Assembly (NCBI GenBank): GCA_029856145.1
Contig: JAHQWK010000002.1
Location: 32,001-96,000 of the forward strand
DNA from: Promethearchaeia archaeon
GTDB lineage: Archaea; Asgardarchaeota; Lokiarchaeia; Sigyniarchaeales; SOKP01
Direction of reading: 5' to 3'
DNA length: 64,000 nucleotides
Translations under genes and position numbers: made by a program
Shown: positions 51,023 through 61,035 of the stretch, piece by piece
Layout: each line of letters starts with the position of its first letter
How positions within the stretch are numbered: the stretch's first letter is position 1
Notes under the pieces: model-generated
The model's database searches: none
Told to the model about the DNA's origin: nothing
Seen by the model: only the letters and a program-made list of their open reading frames with translations

Positions 51023-51224
51023 GCAAGATGAATCACCTATTCCTTTATAAAGAAAAAATTGGAAAAAAAATGAAAGAATAATCTGGAAATTATTTTGGTA
51101 TCTGAAGAAACCCAAAATTTTACTATTCTGGATTAAAATTAGCTTAAATAAAGGCTTAAATATAATTGGAAATATATCTTCATAACAAGAGATAAATAAT
51201 CAATTCTAAATTAGAGATAAAAAT

Positions 51225-52052
51225 ATGGAGAGTAGTGCCATTACTACTAAATGTGTGAGATGTGAGTCAGAAGAAAACATAGAAAATTATCTTCATACCA
51301 CACCTGATTTAGCGAGTTTTAGACGTATCTCAAGACATGTTACCAGGTATACTACTTACAAAGGAACGGGAGGAACTGGATATGTACCGGTCTGTTCTCG
51401 GTGTATTAAAAAGTTTTCTAATTGGAAAATATATAATAATATTAATCTTGGTTTAACTGGAGTTATCTGGTTATTTTTTAGTCTTATGTTGGTCTTATTA
51501 ATGATAGCGGGCCCAACTTCATATATCCCAGGTTTAAAAGATATACCCTTTGAGATCATTATAACTGGATTTGGAGTCTCTCTGACTCTGGTTATAATTA
51601 GTGTAATAATTTCTTTTTATCTTAATATTGTCTCAAAATCTAATCCAAAGAATATTATTAATATCAGACGAAGGACGATTCGAGTTAAACCTATTGGAGG
51701 CTCTAAATGGATTCCTATACAAGAGTGGATTCCTGAACGCCCTCAGGATTTTCAGACGCAAGGTTCCTTAAATTTAACGAAAATGACAAGTCTAGAAGAC
51801 CATGTTATAGAATCTAAAGAAAGAGAATATGGAGAACATTGTGAAAACGCATTATATGATTACTTGGAGAGTAATCGAGGGACTGCGTATACCGTTAAAG
51901 CATTGGAAAAAAAATTGAAGGATTTTATTGTAGATCCAAAAGAAAGAGAATATGGTAAAGAAAATCTTGAAAACGTCTTAAATAAAATGAGAGGAGTAGG
52001 GAAAATACATTCTATTAAAAAAAATGAGGAAACACACTATTTCTTCCCATGA
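51225..52052 (+). CDS. zinc-finger membrane protein with C-terminal winged-helix-like domain
   Basis: CVRC...CSRC, two TM helices, C-terminal LYDYLESNRGTAYTVKAL...LNKMRGVGKIHS. Confidence 0.65.
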   Translation: MESSAITTKCVRCESEENIENYLHTTPDLASFRRISRHVTRYTTYKGTGGTGYVPVCSRCIKKFSNWKIYNNINLGLTGVIWLFFSLMLVLLMIAGPTSYIPGLKDIPFEIIITGFGVSLTLVIISVIISFYLNIVSKSNPKNIINIRRRTIRVKPIGGSKWIPIQEWIPERPQDFQTQGSLNLTKMTSLEDHVIESKEREYGEHCENALYDYLESNRGTAYTVKALEKKLKDFIVDPKEREYGKENLENVLNKMRGVGKIHSIKKNEETHYFFP

Positions 52053-52114
52053 ATTTCGAAATCAATCTCTTTTTTCAATTTTTTGTTTATATAGATCTAA
52101 TGATCTAGAAATTC

Positions 52115-52555
52115 GTGTCTATTCAAGGAAGAAATATCGATCATCCGGAGGCAGAGTATAAGAAATTTTTACCCTTAGTTCATACCAAAGAGGGTACCTA
52201 TATCTTTCATCCTGGATTCATATATCAATCTTTACTAAAAGAGACAAGCATATCTAAAAGCGATGCTCAAAAAATAACAGAGCAAGTGGTTCGATTCTTA
52301 ATATCGGCAAACTTGAAGCTGATAACTGCCCCTCTTATTCGAGAAGTAGTAAACGTTCATTTGCTTAAAAATGGATTCGAGACAGAACGATTACTGTATA
52401 CAAGGATCGGACTACCGTTCTATGATTTGAGAGAGATATTAAATAATACTAATGATAATGAGGATGTTATACCTGATCTTATGAATTGGATAATTACAGA
52501 ATACCATGCGGTAAATAAATTAATTCAAGAAAAACATCGAGAGGAGGAGAAATGA
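52115..52555 (+). CDS. stand-alone ATP-cone domain protein (NrdD N-terminus-like)
   Basis: IYQSLLKET...ITAPLIREVVNVHLLKNG...YTRIGLPFYD as in the archaeal class III RNR N-terminus. Confidence 0.8.
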   Translation: MSIQGRNIDHPEAEYKKFLPLVHTKEGTYIFHPGFIYQSLLKETSISKSDAQKITEQVVRFLISANLKLITAPLIREVVNVHLLKNGFETERLLYTRIGLPFYDLREILNNTNDNEDVIPDLMNWIITEYHAVNKLIQEKHREEEK

Positions 52556-52812
52556 ACATTCGAAAAATTGACACACACGTAGTAAAACATATTGCATCGA
52601 TGGCATTTTGGTATGTGATAGGATTTATCACATTGGTATTAATTACAGAGGGAATCTTACCTATGAATAGGGATTTCGGAAATTGTATGGGAATATTAGT
52701 AGATATTATGATTTTCTTAATCATCTTAGCCGATCTTATGGATATCAATAAACCTACAAAACGGGAAAAAACACGCAAATATTGGAGAAAGAAAGATTAC
52801 TGGGATCTTTAA
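52552..52812 (+). CDS. small 2-TM membrane protein
   Basis: ATGA overlap with the ATP-cone gene, GGAGG RBS, two hydrophobic helices. Confidence 0.7.
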   Translation: MNIRKIDTHVVKHIASMAFWYVIGFITLVLITEGILPMNRDFGNCMGILVDIMIFLIILADLMDINKPTKREKTRKYWRKKDYWDL

Positions 52813-52907
52813 ACCATCTAACTATACTAAAATTTGTCGGAGTCTTGAGGTTTAAATCTCTATAAATCAATTTTTTCTCATGTGAGCAAATATTCTTCTT
52901 ATTATGA

Positions 52908-53057
52908 TTGGGTATTACAATTCCAAAAGGAAAAAAAAGATACATACGGGATAGAAAGAACTCTTTAGGACTATATCACCCTCAATTTGAAGCATTTCTT
53001 AAAGAATGGAAGAAAAAGAATTTTCCAACTAAAGAAAAGAAGGAAAATGAAAAATAA
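52908..53057 (+). CDS. small basic hypothetical protein (49 aa)
   Basis: Own translation from TTG: MGITIPKGKKRYIRDRKNSLGLYHPQFEAFLKEWKKK...; overlaps the ATG of the next gene. Confidence 0.4.
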   Translation: MGITIPKGKKRYIRDRKNSLGLYHPQFEAFLKEWKKKNFPTKEKKENEK

Positions 53058-53337
53058 TTTGGATATTGAATCAGAGTTAAAAAAAATCGAAAGTAGATTT
53101 AATCACTATTTAGACAATTGTAGTAGATTCTATGATAATATCTTTATTATAAAGATGAACTCGTTTCTCTCTCAGTTTCCCTCAAATATCGTAGAGCAAT
53201 ATAGGTGGATGCGAAATGGTGGAACCCAGAAACCGGCTCTCTACTTTCAAAACCTCAATAGGATCATAAAATACCATGCAAAAAAGAATAAGTATACCAT
53301 AATAAAACCGTATAATTTAGATGTATTTCTTAATTAA
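53047..53337 (+). CDS. hypothetical protein
   Basis: Track ORF 52987..53337; ATG at 53047 with AGGA RBS is the more likely start. Confidence 0.6.
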   Translation: MKNNLDIESELKKIESRFNHYLDNCSRFYDNIFIIKMNSFLSQFPSNIVEQYRWMRNGGTQKPALYFQNLNRIIKYHAKKNKYTIIKPYNLDVFLN

Positions 53338-53378
53338 GGTTCTGCAACTAACTGTCGAAATTATTAAATTTTCTATAT

Positions 53379-53705
53379 ATGAATCCGAGAAAAGTTGTCA
53401 AACAACTGGTATTTTTTGCGAAAAGAGAGTTTAAGGAAAAGAAGCCCCTTGCTGTTCAAGTTTTACGAGTAAAAAGTGAGCAGATTTTTACGAAAGGTGG
53501 CCCATTGAAAGAATTAAGCGTAAGGCGTGTTGTAGGGGCGTTCTACTTAGTGGTGGTGGAATATAAAGAGAATATCAGAATTTACTATTATTCCAAAAAG
53601 GGGGAGCTCTTAAAGGCACAAAATCTTGAGAAAAATAAAAAATTGATGGAAAATATTAATAAATCAACCATACGAGAATTTCAAATTGGTAATCTTAAAC
53701 AGTAA
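53379..53705 (+). CDS. hypothetical basic protein
   Basis: 108 aa ORF in a co-oriented run. Confidence 0.65.
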   Translation: MNPRKVVKQLVFFAKREFKEKKPLAVQVLRVKSEQIFTKGGPLKELSVRRVVGAFYLVVVEYKENIRIYYYSKKGELLKAQNLEKNKKLMENINKSTIREFQIGNLKQ

Positions 53706-53837
53706 AGAAAGAAGGAGAGGAGTAATTAATATTACTCCTAGTTGTTATTCTCACGACAGACAAAAAAGGATAGTTCGAGGTAAGGCAGTGATTAAACAAT
53801 AATTCTAATGAAGGTATATAAAGTCCACCCAAAAAGA

Positions 53838-54281
53838 TCAAACATGACAACTACAAAGGGTTTGACCATGATCCCATAATTGATCTATTTTTTCTCCTAA
53901 TAATTCATTTCTTGTTTTAACTTCTTGCTCAAATTTATCAAATTTATGCATATCATGATTCCAGTTCTCTATCATTTGTATCGGATATAGCTTACAAAAT
54001 TTCTCTGCTATATGATTTAATTCGTAGAGTGCTACTTTTTCTTTGGTCTTTGTGGAAAATGTCGCTACGAAAAGCAGGTCACGTTTCTCAAGAATCTTGT
54101 ACTCGAATTTGTTGGTGGTAAAGCGTAGTAAGGTTTCTTGTAACCCTGTTTGAGCAAAACTATACAAAGCACTGGTGAGTCCTCCTAAACATTGGTCATC
54201 GGTGTTATGATGTATGATCTTACTGAAAAGAATCAATCCATATTCCTTAAGAATCCATAAATCTTGTAAATGTTTGATCAC
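53838..54281 (-). CDS. stand-alone longin-like domain protein
   Basis: LWILKEYGLILFSK...LGGLTSALYSFAQ...LLFVATF...F..LY...W....F..F pattern typical of Asgard longins. Confidence 0.75.
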   Translation of the reverse strand: MIKHLQDLWILKEYGLILFSKIIHHNTDDQCLGGLTSALYSFAQTGLQETLLRFTTNKFEYKILEKRDLLFVATFSTKTKEKVALYELNHIAEKFCKLYPIQMIENWNHDMHKFDKFEQEVKTRNELLGEKIDQLWDHGQTLCSCHV

Positions 54282-54702
54282 GTTTAACCCTCAGTAAAAA
54301 AATACCTGTTTTCTTACCATATACCCTTAACAATTCATATATTTTTACATATATTTAAATGTATACTCAAAAATTTCAGATTAAATTGAAGAAAAAAATA
54401 TTGGTTAATGAGAAGATTAACTTTTAAAAAAATAATTTTTTACCTTACTTTTAATTAACAATTAATTTTATCTATAATTTCAACTAACCCATAAAGCTGC
54501 CCAAGAATTTCTCCTTCAGTTCCAAAAATTGGCATTTTTGCTAATTCACTAGATATGATTGGATTAATTTGTGCTATATTTTCTAAGTCTGAAACTTAAT
54601 CCTATGATCTTAATATATTACTCTTTGTCTATTTAATAAAATATATATAATAAAAGATGCATATAAAAACGTAAAGTAATTACTATTAAAGAGGGACGAC
54701 TA

Positions 54703-55950
54703 TTGGTCGATTATCCAATTCTTTCAAATTGTGAGATAAAACTTACCAAACTTGTCTACGATATTCAACCATCATGGGCAGCAAATAGCCCCGCTCTTAG
54801 AGGTCTGTTTCCTGGCTATTCTGAGATTCCTTATTTATGGATGATTGTGTTTAAAATTGACGGTCTTCAAACAAGATTTGTAATAGAGAAGGTTGGAGGG
54901 AGATTTATAGGTAAATTCCAATTACAAGAAGGATGGGAGATACATGTCGATGTACGTCCGGGCTCTCCAGGTGGGATAACAAATGCAAATTTTGGGCATG
55001 GTAATATAGGAGGTGGAATGGAATATGGTGATGAGAGAAATATTGAATCAATCTTTGTAACAAATATCGGTTATCCTTTTAAATTTCGATTTGGTGACCT
55101 TGTTCCTATACCCTATTCTGTCCCAATATTTGACAAATCGGGTAATATACCCGCTATTATTGGATGTATTACGCTTTTATTCCGGCAATATGATACCCCA
55201 AATAGCGCTGTTTTGGAGGGTGCGCAAACTTGTGTTGAAGCAATTAGGGATGGGCTTAATAGTTTGATTGTTGACTTTGAACATGATTTTACAGATTATA
55301 TCAATCAATTGGACTTTACGGAACCCCCAGAAGTTATACTTCCTACTGAGGAAATAGATGATCTGAAAGCTGTTGTAAAAAGGAGAGTAACACAGGCGAT
55401 TGAAAGAAAAACAAGAGAAGAAACATCGGATTGGGATAAATTTCTTTATTGGATAGGAGTGAATATGCCGGATGAGCTAGTTGGGATTGGAGATTGGATA
55501 TGGCAAACTGATGATCTGATAGATGACTGTATCGCAGTTGAAGATACGCGCAAAGCTACAAGATATATTACATGGTTTAGTGCTGAACTAGTTAAAGGCA
55601 CACAGCAATTTCACTGGCCAGACAGCCCTGATGAAATTCCAATGGAAATAAAGAAGGAAATTTTCGGGGAGTTAATTGCTGAAAAGATTAAATGCTTTAT
55701 CGCCTCGGCAACATTTGGAAGTGAACTTTATCCGAGATTAAACTTATTGCGAAATTGGCGTGATAAAGTCTATAATAATAATAGAATTGGTCAAGAATTA
55801 ATCCATCTATATTATGAAAAGTCTCCTTTTTTTGCAAATATAGTGTCTCGGTCGAAGCATTTGAGAATATTAGTTAGAAGAATTCTCAAACCTATTATTA
55901 ATTCCATTCATCGTCATCATCCGAAATGGCAGCATTATAGAAGTAAGTAA
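54703..55950 (+). CDS. protein with C-terminal CFI-box-CTERM domain
   Basis: CFIASATFGSE...LRNWRD...G...I.LYYEKSP...LRILVRRILKPII. Confidence 0.8.
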   Translation: MVDYPILSNCEIKLTKLVYDIQPSWAANSPALRGLFPGYSEIPYLWMIVFKIDGLQTRFVIEKVGGRFIGKFQLQEGWEIHVDVRPGSPGGITNANFGHGNIGGGMEYGDERNIESIFVTNIGYPFKFRFGDLVPIPYSVPIFDKSGNIPAIIGCITLLFRQYDTPNSAVLEGAQTCVEAIRDGLNSLIVDFEHDFTDYINQLDFTEPPEVILPTEEIDDLKAVVKRRVTQAIERKTREETSDWDKFLYWIGVNMPDELVGIGDWIWQTDDLIDDCIAVEDTRKATRYITWFSAELVKGTQQFHWPDSPDEIPMEIKKEIFGELIAEKIKCFIASATFGSELYPRLNLLRNWRDKVYNNNRIGQELIHLYYEKSPFFANIVSRSKHLRILVRRILKPIINSIHRHHPKWQHYRSK

Positions 55951-55960
55951 TTTTTTTTAT

Positions 55961-56317
55961 TTATAATTTCAAATTCTTCTTTCTCAGCTCTTTTATTCGT
56001 TTATATTCTTCTTTATTTTTCTTCTTAATTTTCTTTCTATGTGTCCAATCGTGGCACGGTTTACATATTATTATCACATTTCTATGATTAGACCATCCCA
56101 CTCCGCCATACCAATTAGTATAGCTCGTATGATGATAATTAGCACTAGCCAAAGATTTAATTTCCTTACATTTATCACATAGAAACTTATTATTTGGTAT
56201 ATCTAATCCTTTCTTTTTCCATTTCTTACGCCTTCTCTCTAACGCCTTTATTTTGGTTTGTCTCCACGCTTCAGTATGTAAAAACCTTCTATACGAGTTT
56301 TTATAATTTTTGCCCAT
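55961..56317 (-). CDS. HNH endonuclease
   Basis: CDKC...YHHTSY...N...CKPCHDWTH. Confidence 0.85.
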   Translation of the reverse strand: MGKNYKNSYRRFLHTEAWRQTKIKALERRRKKWKKKGLDIPNNKFLCDKCKEIKSLASANYHHTSYTNWYGGVGWSNHRNVIIICKPCHDWTHRKKIKKKNKEEYKRIKELRKKNLKL

Positions 56318-56370
56318 TATTTCTCACTTCTATTTAGTTATTTATTAATAAACTCTAAATCTTTTTAATC

Positions 56371-56868
56371 CTATCCAATTTTCTGGCAGAATATCTCTCT
56401 TAATGAGAAATGAACATTTTCTTCGTGATATAGTTCACACTCTATCGTAAATAAAAAATATAACCATTCTGTCAAAGCTACAATAACTTTTCTTAGGTTT
56501 GCGATATAGGATTTAAACATACTATCATAATATTTTTTACTTAAGGTATCACCATCCCATAAACTAATGAGGGGAATTCTCCTTATCTGAGCCGATTTCA
56601 ATCTAAGAAAGATGCGTTGTGATAGATCGTGAGCCTTAAATTTCCATCTTTCAGATTTCCGTTCTATATACCAGAGATCAAATCTTTCTTGAAGAAAAAA
56701 GAGTATAAATTGCAATCTCTCAAATTCATCTACTATTTTTCCATTTCTTCCTGAGGGAGTGAAGGGAATTTCGGGGTATTCATACATATCCAAAATATTA
56801 ATGATTTCTTGAGTGATGTCTTGAACTGATTTTCTCGAAGAAAAGTAAGAGCAAACCATTATTTTCAC
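56371..56868 (-). CDS. hypothetical protein
   Basis: 165 aa ORF, co-oriented with the HNH gene. Confidence 0.6.
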   Translation of the reverse strand: MKIMVCSYFSSRKSVQDITQEIINILDMYEYPEIPFTPSGRNGKIVDEFERLQFILFFLQERFDLWYIERKSERWKFKAHDLSQRIFLRLKSAQIRRIPLISLWDGDTLSKKYYDSMFKSYIANLRKVIVALTEWLYFLFTIECELYHEENVHFSLREIFCQKIG

Positions 56869-57006
56869 CTAACTATTGTTTTTACATGATTCGCAATTAA
56901 CTTCTTCGAATTCTTCCAAATCACTTCGATACACTAAGATTGAACCTCTTCTACCACAAACTTTACAGTGAGTTTGTTTTCTAGTATTATTATCAATATA
57001 CATCAT
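56869..57006 (-). CDS. small zinc-ribbon protein (45 aa)
   Basis: Own translation MMYIDNNTRKQTHCKVCGRRG...VNCESCKNNS; stop abuts the next gene. Confidence 0.6.
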   Translation of the reverse strand: MMYIDNNTRKQTHCKVCGRRGSILVYRSDLEEFEEVNCESCKNNS

Positions 57007-57268
57007 ACTACACATTATTATTAATAAAAATATATAAAGAAAAAATGGCTATATTTTTGTCTTACATGATATACTCTCAAGGCATAATATAAATTAAAAC
57101 AGAGTATGGAATTTCATTAAAATTTCTTCAAATTGTAAAATGTCTTAGAGTTTGAAAAAATTCAAGCTTTCGCCGAACAGTTTGATAGAAATCAAACTAT
57201 AGAGCAAGATTTATATATATGTCTATCTAATTTATAAAATAACAAGAATCCGAGAGATTATTAAAGTT

Positions 57269-57646
57269 ATGAGCAAAAAAATGAGAATACCGACCATATG
57301 TACCAAATGCAAGTGGTTTAATGTGATAGGGTGTATGTACGATGAGGAGTTAGGGGATGGTTTTAAGCCTAATATTCAGTGTTTCGAACCTGTTAATAAT
57401 CCTTCGTATCCCCCTACAAGAGAAATTAATGATAAATTCTTTGAACTCTATTACAAAAAATTATATACATTAGAGCACGCGTTTATAACACAGAAAGGAG
57501 CATATAATGATGGTTCTGTCTTTATATCTGTACTTGCACGTAGTATCGAACTACTTGAAGAATCTAAGAAAGAGTTTATATCATTGCAAGAAGCATTTCG
57601 TAAATATCCTAAGACTTTTGAAGATGGTTTTAATTATTTCAATTAA
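57269..57646 (+). CDS. hypothetical protein with N-terminal Cys cluster
   Basis: CTKCKWFNVIGC...QCF. Confidence 0.6.
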   Translation: MSKKMRIPTICTKCKWFNVIGCMYDEELGDGFKPNIQCFEPVNNPSYPPTREINDKFFELYYKKLYTLEHAFITQKGAYNDGSVFISVLARSIELLEESKKEFISLQEAFRKYPKTFEDGFNYFN

Positions 57647-57771
57647 TTCATAGCGACATAAAAAGCTATCATAAGAAAATATCAATAATCTTCCAGCCCC
57701 TTGTAAATTATAATACTGAACCATCATTATCTTCATAATTTTCCATATATTCTTACATTAATCACAGGGCA

Positions 57772-58782
57772 ATGGAAGATAAAGAGGTATTAATTGCATA
57801 TAATCAAGAATTGGGGAGAATCTTTAAGATAGGTTATGGACTGCCAAAAAATCCCAAGAATTATACCTGGCTTTGCAAAAATTGTAAGAAACCTGTCTTT
57901 TATAATGAACATTTAAATTGTTTTAAGCATCGTGGATTGAAACCTGAAGGATTCGAACCTGAAACAATTGAACATAAGACAATGAAAGATTATTGGTATA
58001 ACATCTTTCCGAAATTTAATCCTATCTACAAACGTGAAAAAGAATATTGGTTAGAGGATCAAGTCGCGGATGTCTATTTTGAAACCAGAGAAGAAAAAAA
58101 AGTAGCAATTGAATGTCAAAATTCACCGATCACTTCTAAAAAGCTTATAGAACGAACGAAAAAATATGCAAAAAAGGATATTTACGTGCTCTGGATATTT
58201 AATGGTTCAGGTACGTGTGTATCTGAGCATAAAGCACCGCTTAATATGGATAAAGTTAGAGTGTTGGGAGTAGAAAAGAGAGTTCAGAAATTATATGGTG
58301 GACGAGTGTATTATATGAATGTAAAAGGAGAACTTACCTTCGAAGAACCTTATGCACTTCACTACTCTCCGTATTTTGAAAATCAAGTATCAGAAACCAG
58401 TATTTATGGTCATGATAAATATTATAAAGAATTTCAAAGTACCACTCATGGTTATATTTCAACCTATAAAATCGTATATAATGACTATAATGGGTATAAA
58501 CTTGCACGATTTATGGATAAGAATGTGAGTATATCCTGTACTGAACAACTTCTTATTTGTATAAATGAATATTGTAATAGAAAAATGAGAGAAGATAATC
58601 TTGAAGAAGGTGAAGAGGTCAAAATACCGGTGGAATATCTGATTGATCTTGTTAAGGAAGAATTCGGATATTACTTGCCCTATCTCATTCTAAAAAGGTC
58701 GAAACGGATAAAAAAAGTGAGATCTGAAAAAGTCTTGGATGATAAGTATCAAGTAAAAGATATAATAACAGTTAAAATCTAA
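57772..58782 (+). CDS. CoiA-like PD-(D/E)xK nuclease
   Basis: CKNC...FKH zinc site, ETIEH, ADVY...VAIECQNS...RT..Y...VLWIF. Confidence 0.8.
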   Translation: MEDKEVLIAYNQELGRIFKIGYGLPKNPKNYTWLCKNCKKPVFYNEHLNCFKHRGLKPEGFEPETIEHKTMKDYWYNIFPKFNPIYKREKEYWLEDQVADVYFETREEKKVAIECQNSPITSKKLIERTKKYAKKDIYVLWIFNGSGTCVSEHKAPLNMDKVRVLGVEKRVQKLYGGRVYYMNVKGELTFEEPYALHYSPYFENQVSETSIYGHDKYYKEFQSTTHGYISTYKIVYNDYNGYKLARFMDKNVSISCTEQLLICINEYCNRKMREDNLEEGEEVKIPVEYLIDLVKEEFGYYLPYLILKRSKRIKKVRSEKVLDDKYQVKDIITVKI

Positions 58783-58905
58783 AACATTATAAAAAGGATT
58801 TTCTAAAATTGTAAGAAGCGTTTAATAAATATCCTAAGAAAGTGGAAACTGAAATGAGATATTTTAACTAATTCCTTACTATCTTGAAAAGGAAAAATAG
58901 GGATT

Positions 58906-59070
58906 TTAGTATAGATGATTTGATTTTAGATCCTTGCATTTTTGAATGAATTCTGAGCATACTTTACATCGAGAAACATGACAATGCTCGTTCTTTGGCA
59001 AGACGCAGAGATGAATAAATGGACATGAAAAAAGATCATTTTCAGGATAATTTCTAATTTCACTTGTCAT
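58906..59070 (-). CDS. small Cys-rich protein (54 aa)
   Basis: Own translation MTSEIRNYPENDLFSCPFIHLCVLPKNEHCHVSRCKVCSEFIQKCKDLKSNHLY; six Cys. Confidence 0.5.
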   Translation of the reverse strand: MTSEIRNYPENDLFSCPFIHLCVLPKNEHCHVSRCKVCSEFIQKCKDLKSNHLY

Positions 59071-59283
59071 AATTATTTTACATTTTACCTTGGCCTTTTT
59101 TAAATAAAAAAATCAGAATGTAGGATTTTAAAACTCTGGAGGGTGTAAAATTTTTAATTCCTTTTTTAAGGGGTTTTTCTTTAAATGTAAAGATTAGAGT
59201 TAAATCTATTTGAATTCAGTAGAAAAGAACAAGAATAAATCAGAAATTAAAAGAAGAGACTTACTTGAAAAGTCCTTTTTCTC

Positions 59284-60996
59284 TCAATATCTATCATTTT
59301 TCTCTAAAAATTCCTGAATTTTATTAATTTCCTGCTGTGAAAACACAGTATTTATTATATAGTTATTAATAATAAATTGGTTCAGAGGTTTCGTATCAGA
59401 GATATTATATTTCTTAGCAACATGGCGAACTTGAAATCTGAGTAAAAAGGATAAAAAATGCAAATAGGTGTTATTTATATGTTTTTTGTTATCATGGAGT
59501 AATTTGTTAATTTGAGCATTGGCCATTTCTTCATGGGTGATTTCGTTTCTAAAACTATTGAATTTTAATAACTTATCTTCGAGATTTTTGGGAAATTTAA
59601 AATTCTTTATTCTTGGTGGAGTCTTGGTTATTCCGTTTTTTCCAAAATTATCTTCATATAGGACATCAAATTGTGTGATAAACCGTAGTACAAATCTAAA
59701 CTTGTCTGAAACTCCATAAAGTTTTACCCAATCTGGAATTTTGAGTTTTTTCATGTTTGAGTTAATAACTTGTCTGATTAATTCTGGAATGGGCTGAGAT
59801 GTTTCCTGTTCCTCGATATTTTTCTTTAGTAATTGGAGTAAATCAGAAAGTTCATTCAATATTGTTAATCGTATTTTGGAAGGTCTTGATTTATCCTTAC
59901 ATACCTTATCTAATTCATTCATTCGTTCAAGAATCCAATTTTTATATGCATTCCAATTCGTTTTTAGGGAAGGAATTGGAGGTATGTCTGATTTATGTTC
60001 TGGCTTCAATAAAGATGGCTGTGAAGTAGAGGAATCTTGTAGAGGAAGATCTAATCCTAACTTTCTAACAATATTTTCAAAATCTACCTGATCTGATTCT
60101 GTAAGTTGATAACCTGATATATTCATCTGATACCATTCTTCCACAAAATCATTTGGAATTCCCTCTTTCCAATGATGATTTTTCAAATATCCATATAGTT
60201 TCTGAGGGTTATATAATTCATCAAGCTCTAAGTGGGCAGGATTGACTTTTTTACTTCTATATTCGTGTAATAATTGGATAAACTCTTTTCCAAGAGCTCT
60301 ATTTGTGGAAATAAGTACTTCATATTCATCTGAAAAATCGTTTAACTTCTTTGGAGTCTTAAATTTCATGTCTTTGGTATCTGGAATATTTATATCATAA
60401 TACTGGCTGGTAAATTCTAATATTGAACTCCAATGTTTCTTATCATATTCACTCAAAATATCAGGTAAAGTTTCTAAAGTACCAGTTTGATTTAATTCTT
60501 TGAATATTCGAGTAGCAGCAATTTTAATTTTTTGAATATTTTCCTGCAAAATATCTTCATCCTGAGAATCTGATATTAGAGAGGTCTCAAACTCTAACTC
60601 TTTAGGAGTAAGGTTATAATTTAAAAATTGGTTATTTTTTTTATTGAAGAACACAAATCTACTTCCATTCGCTAAATTACTGATATTTTCATTGGAATTT
60701 ATGATGCACCTAATACCGTCTAACGCCATCAACTCTTTTACTTTCCCTCTATCCACATTAAAAATAAAGTAAAGAGTGGGATTTTGAGAATAAGAATTTG
60801 AGCTTTCAAATTCTAAGATCTCTTTAAGATTATGTAGTGCGGTGGATTCAAGATCAACTATGTTATATCCTGCGGTAAATATCTCTAACCCATGGAGATG
60901 CTTTAAATCCACATAGGGAAATACCACTAGATTTTTCTGTTGAAAAAATAAGATATTGAGAAATTCCGGTTGGATAAAATCTGATCCTGTATCCAT
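59284..60996 (-). CDS. multidomain protein with C-terminal HEPN-like motif
   Basis: LLKFNSFRNEITHE (Rx4H at 59533-59550) after a Pro/Ser linker; GGTGA RBS. Confidence 0.6.
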   Translation of the reverse strand: MDTGSDFIQPEFLNILFFQQKNLVVFPYVDLKHLHGLEIFTAGYNIVDLESTALHNLKEILEFESSNSYSQNPTLYFIFNVDRGKVKELMALDGIRCIINSNENISNLANGSRFVFFNKKNNQFLNYNLTPKELEFETSLISDSQDEDILQENIQKIKIAATRIFKELNQTGTLETLPDILSEYDKKHWSSILEFTSQYYDINIPDTKDMKFKTPKKLNDFSDEYEVLISTNRALGKEFIQLLHEYRSKKVNPAHLELDELYNPQKLYGYLKNHHWKEGIPNDFVEEWYQMNISGYQLTESDQVDFENIVRKLGLDLPLQDSSTSQPSLLKPEHKSDIPPIPSLKTNWNAYKNWILERMNELDKVCKDKSRPSKIRLTILNELSDLLQLLKKNIEEQETSQPIPELIRQVINSNMKKLKIPDWVKLYGVSDKFRFVLRFITQFDVLYEDNFGKNGITKTPPRIKNFKFPKNLEDKLLKFNSFRNEITHEEMANAQINKLLHDNKKHINNTYLHFLSFLLRFQVRHVAKKYNISDTKPLNQFIINNYIINTVFSQQEINKIQEFLEKNDRY

Positions 60997-61035
60997 ATTA
61001 TCACCTTAAATTAAAATTAAATAAAAAAATGGAAT

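Noticed and set aside
51023-51115. N-terminal extension of the 508 aa ORF
   Set aside because: The extension is low-complexity promoter-like sequence; ATG at 51022 has a GGTGA RBS.
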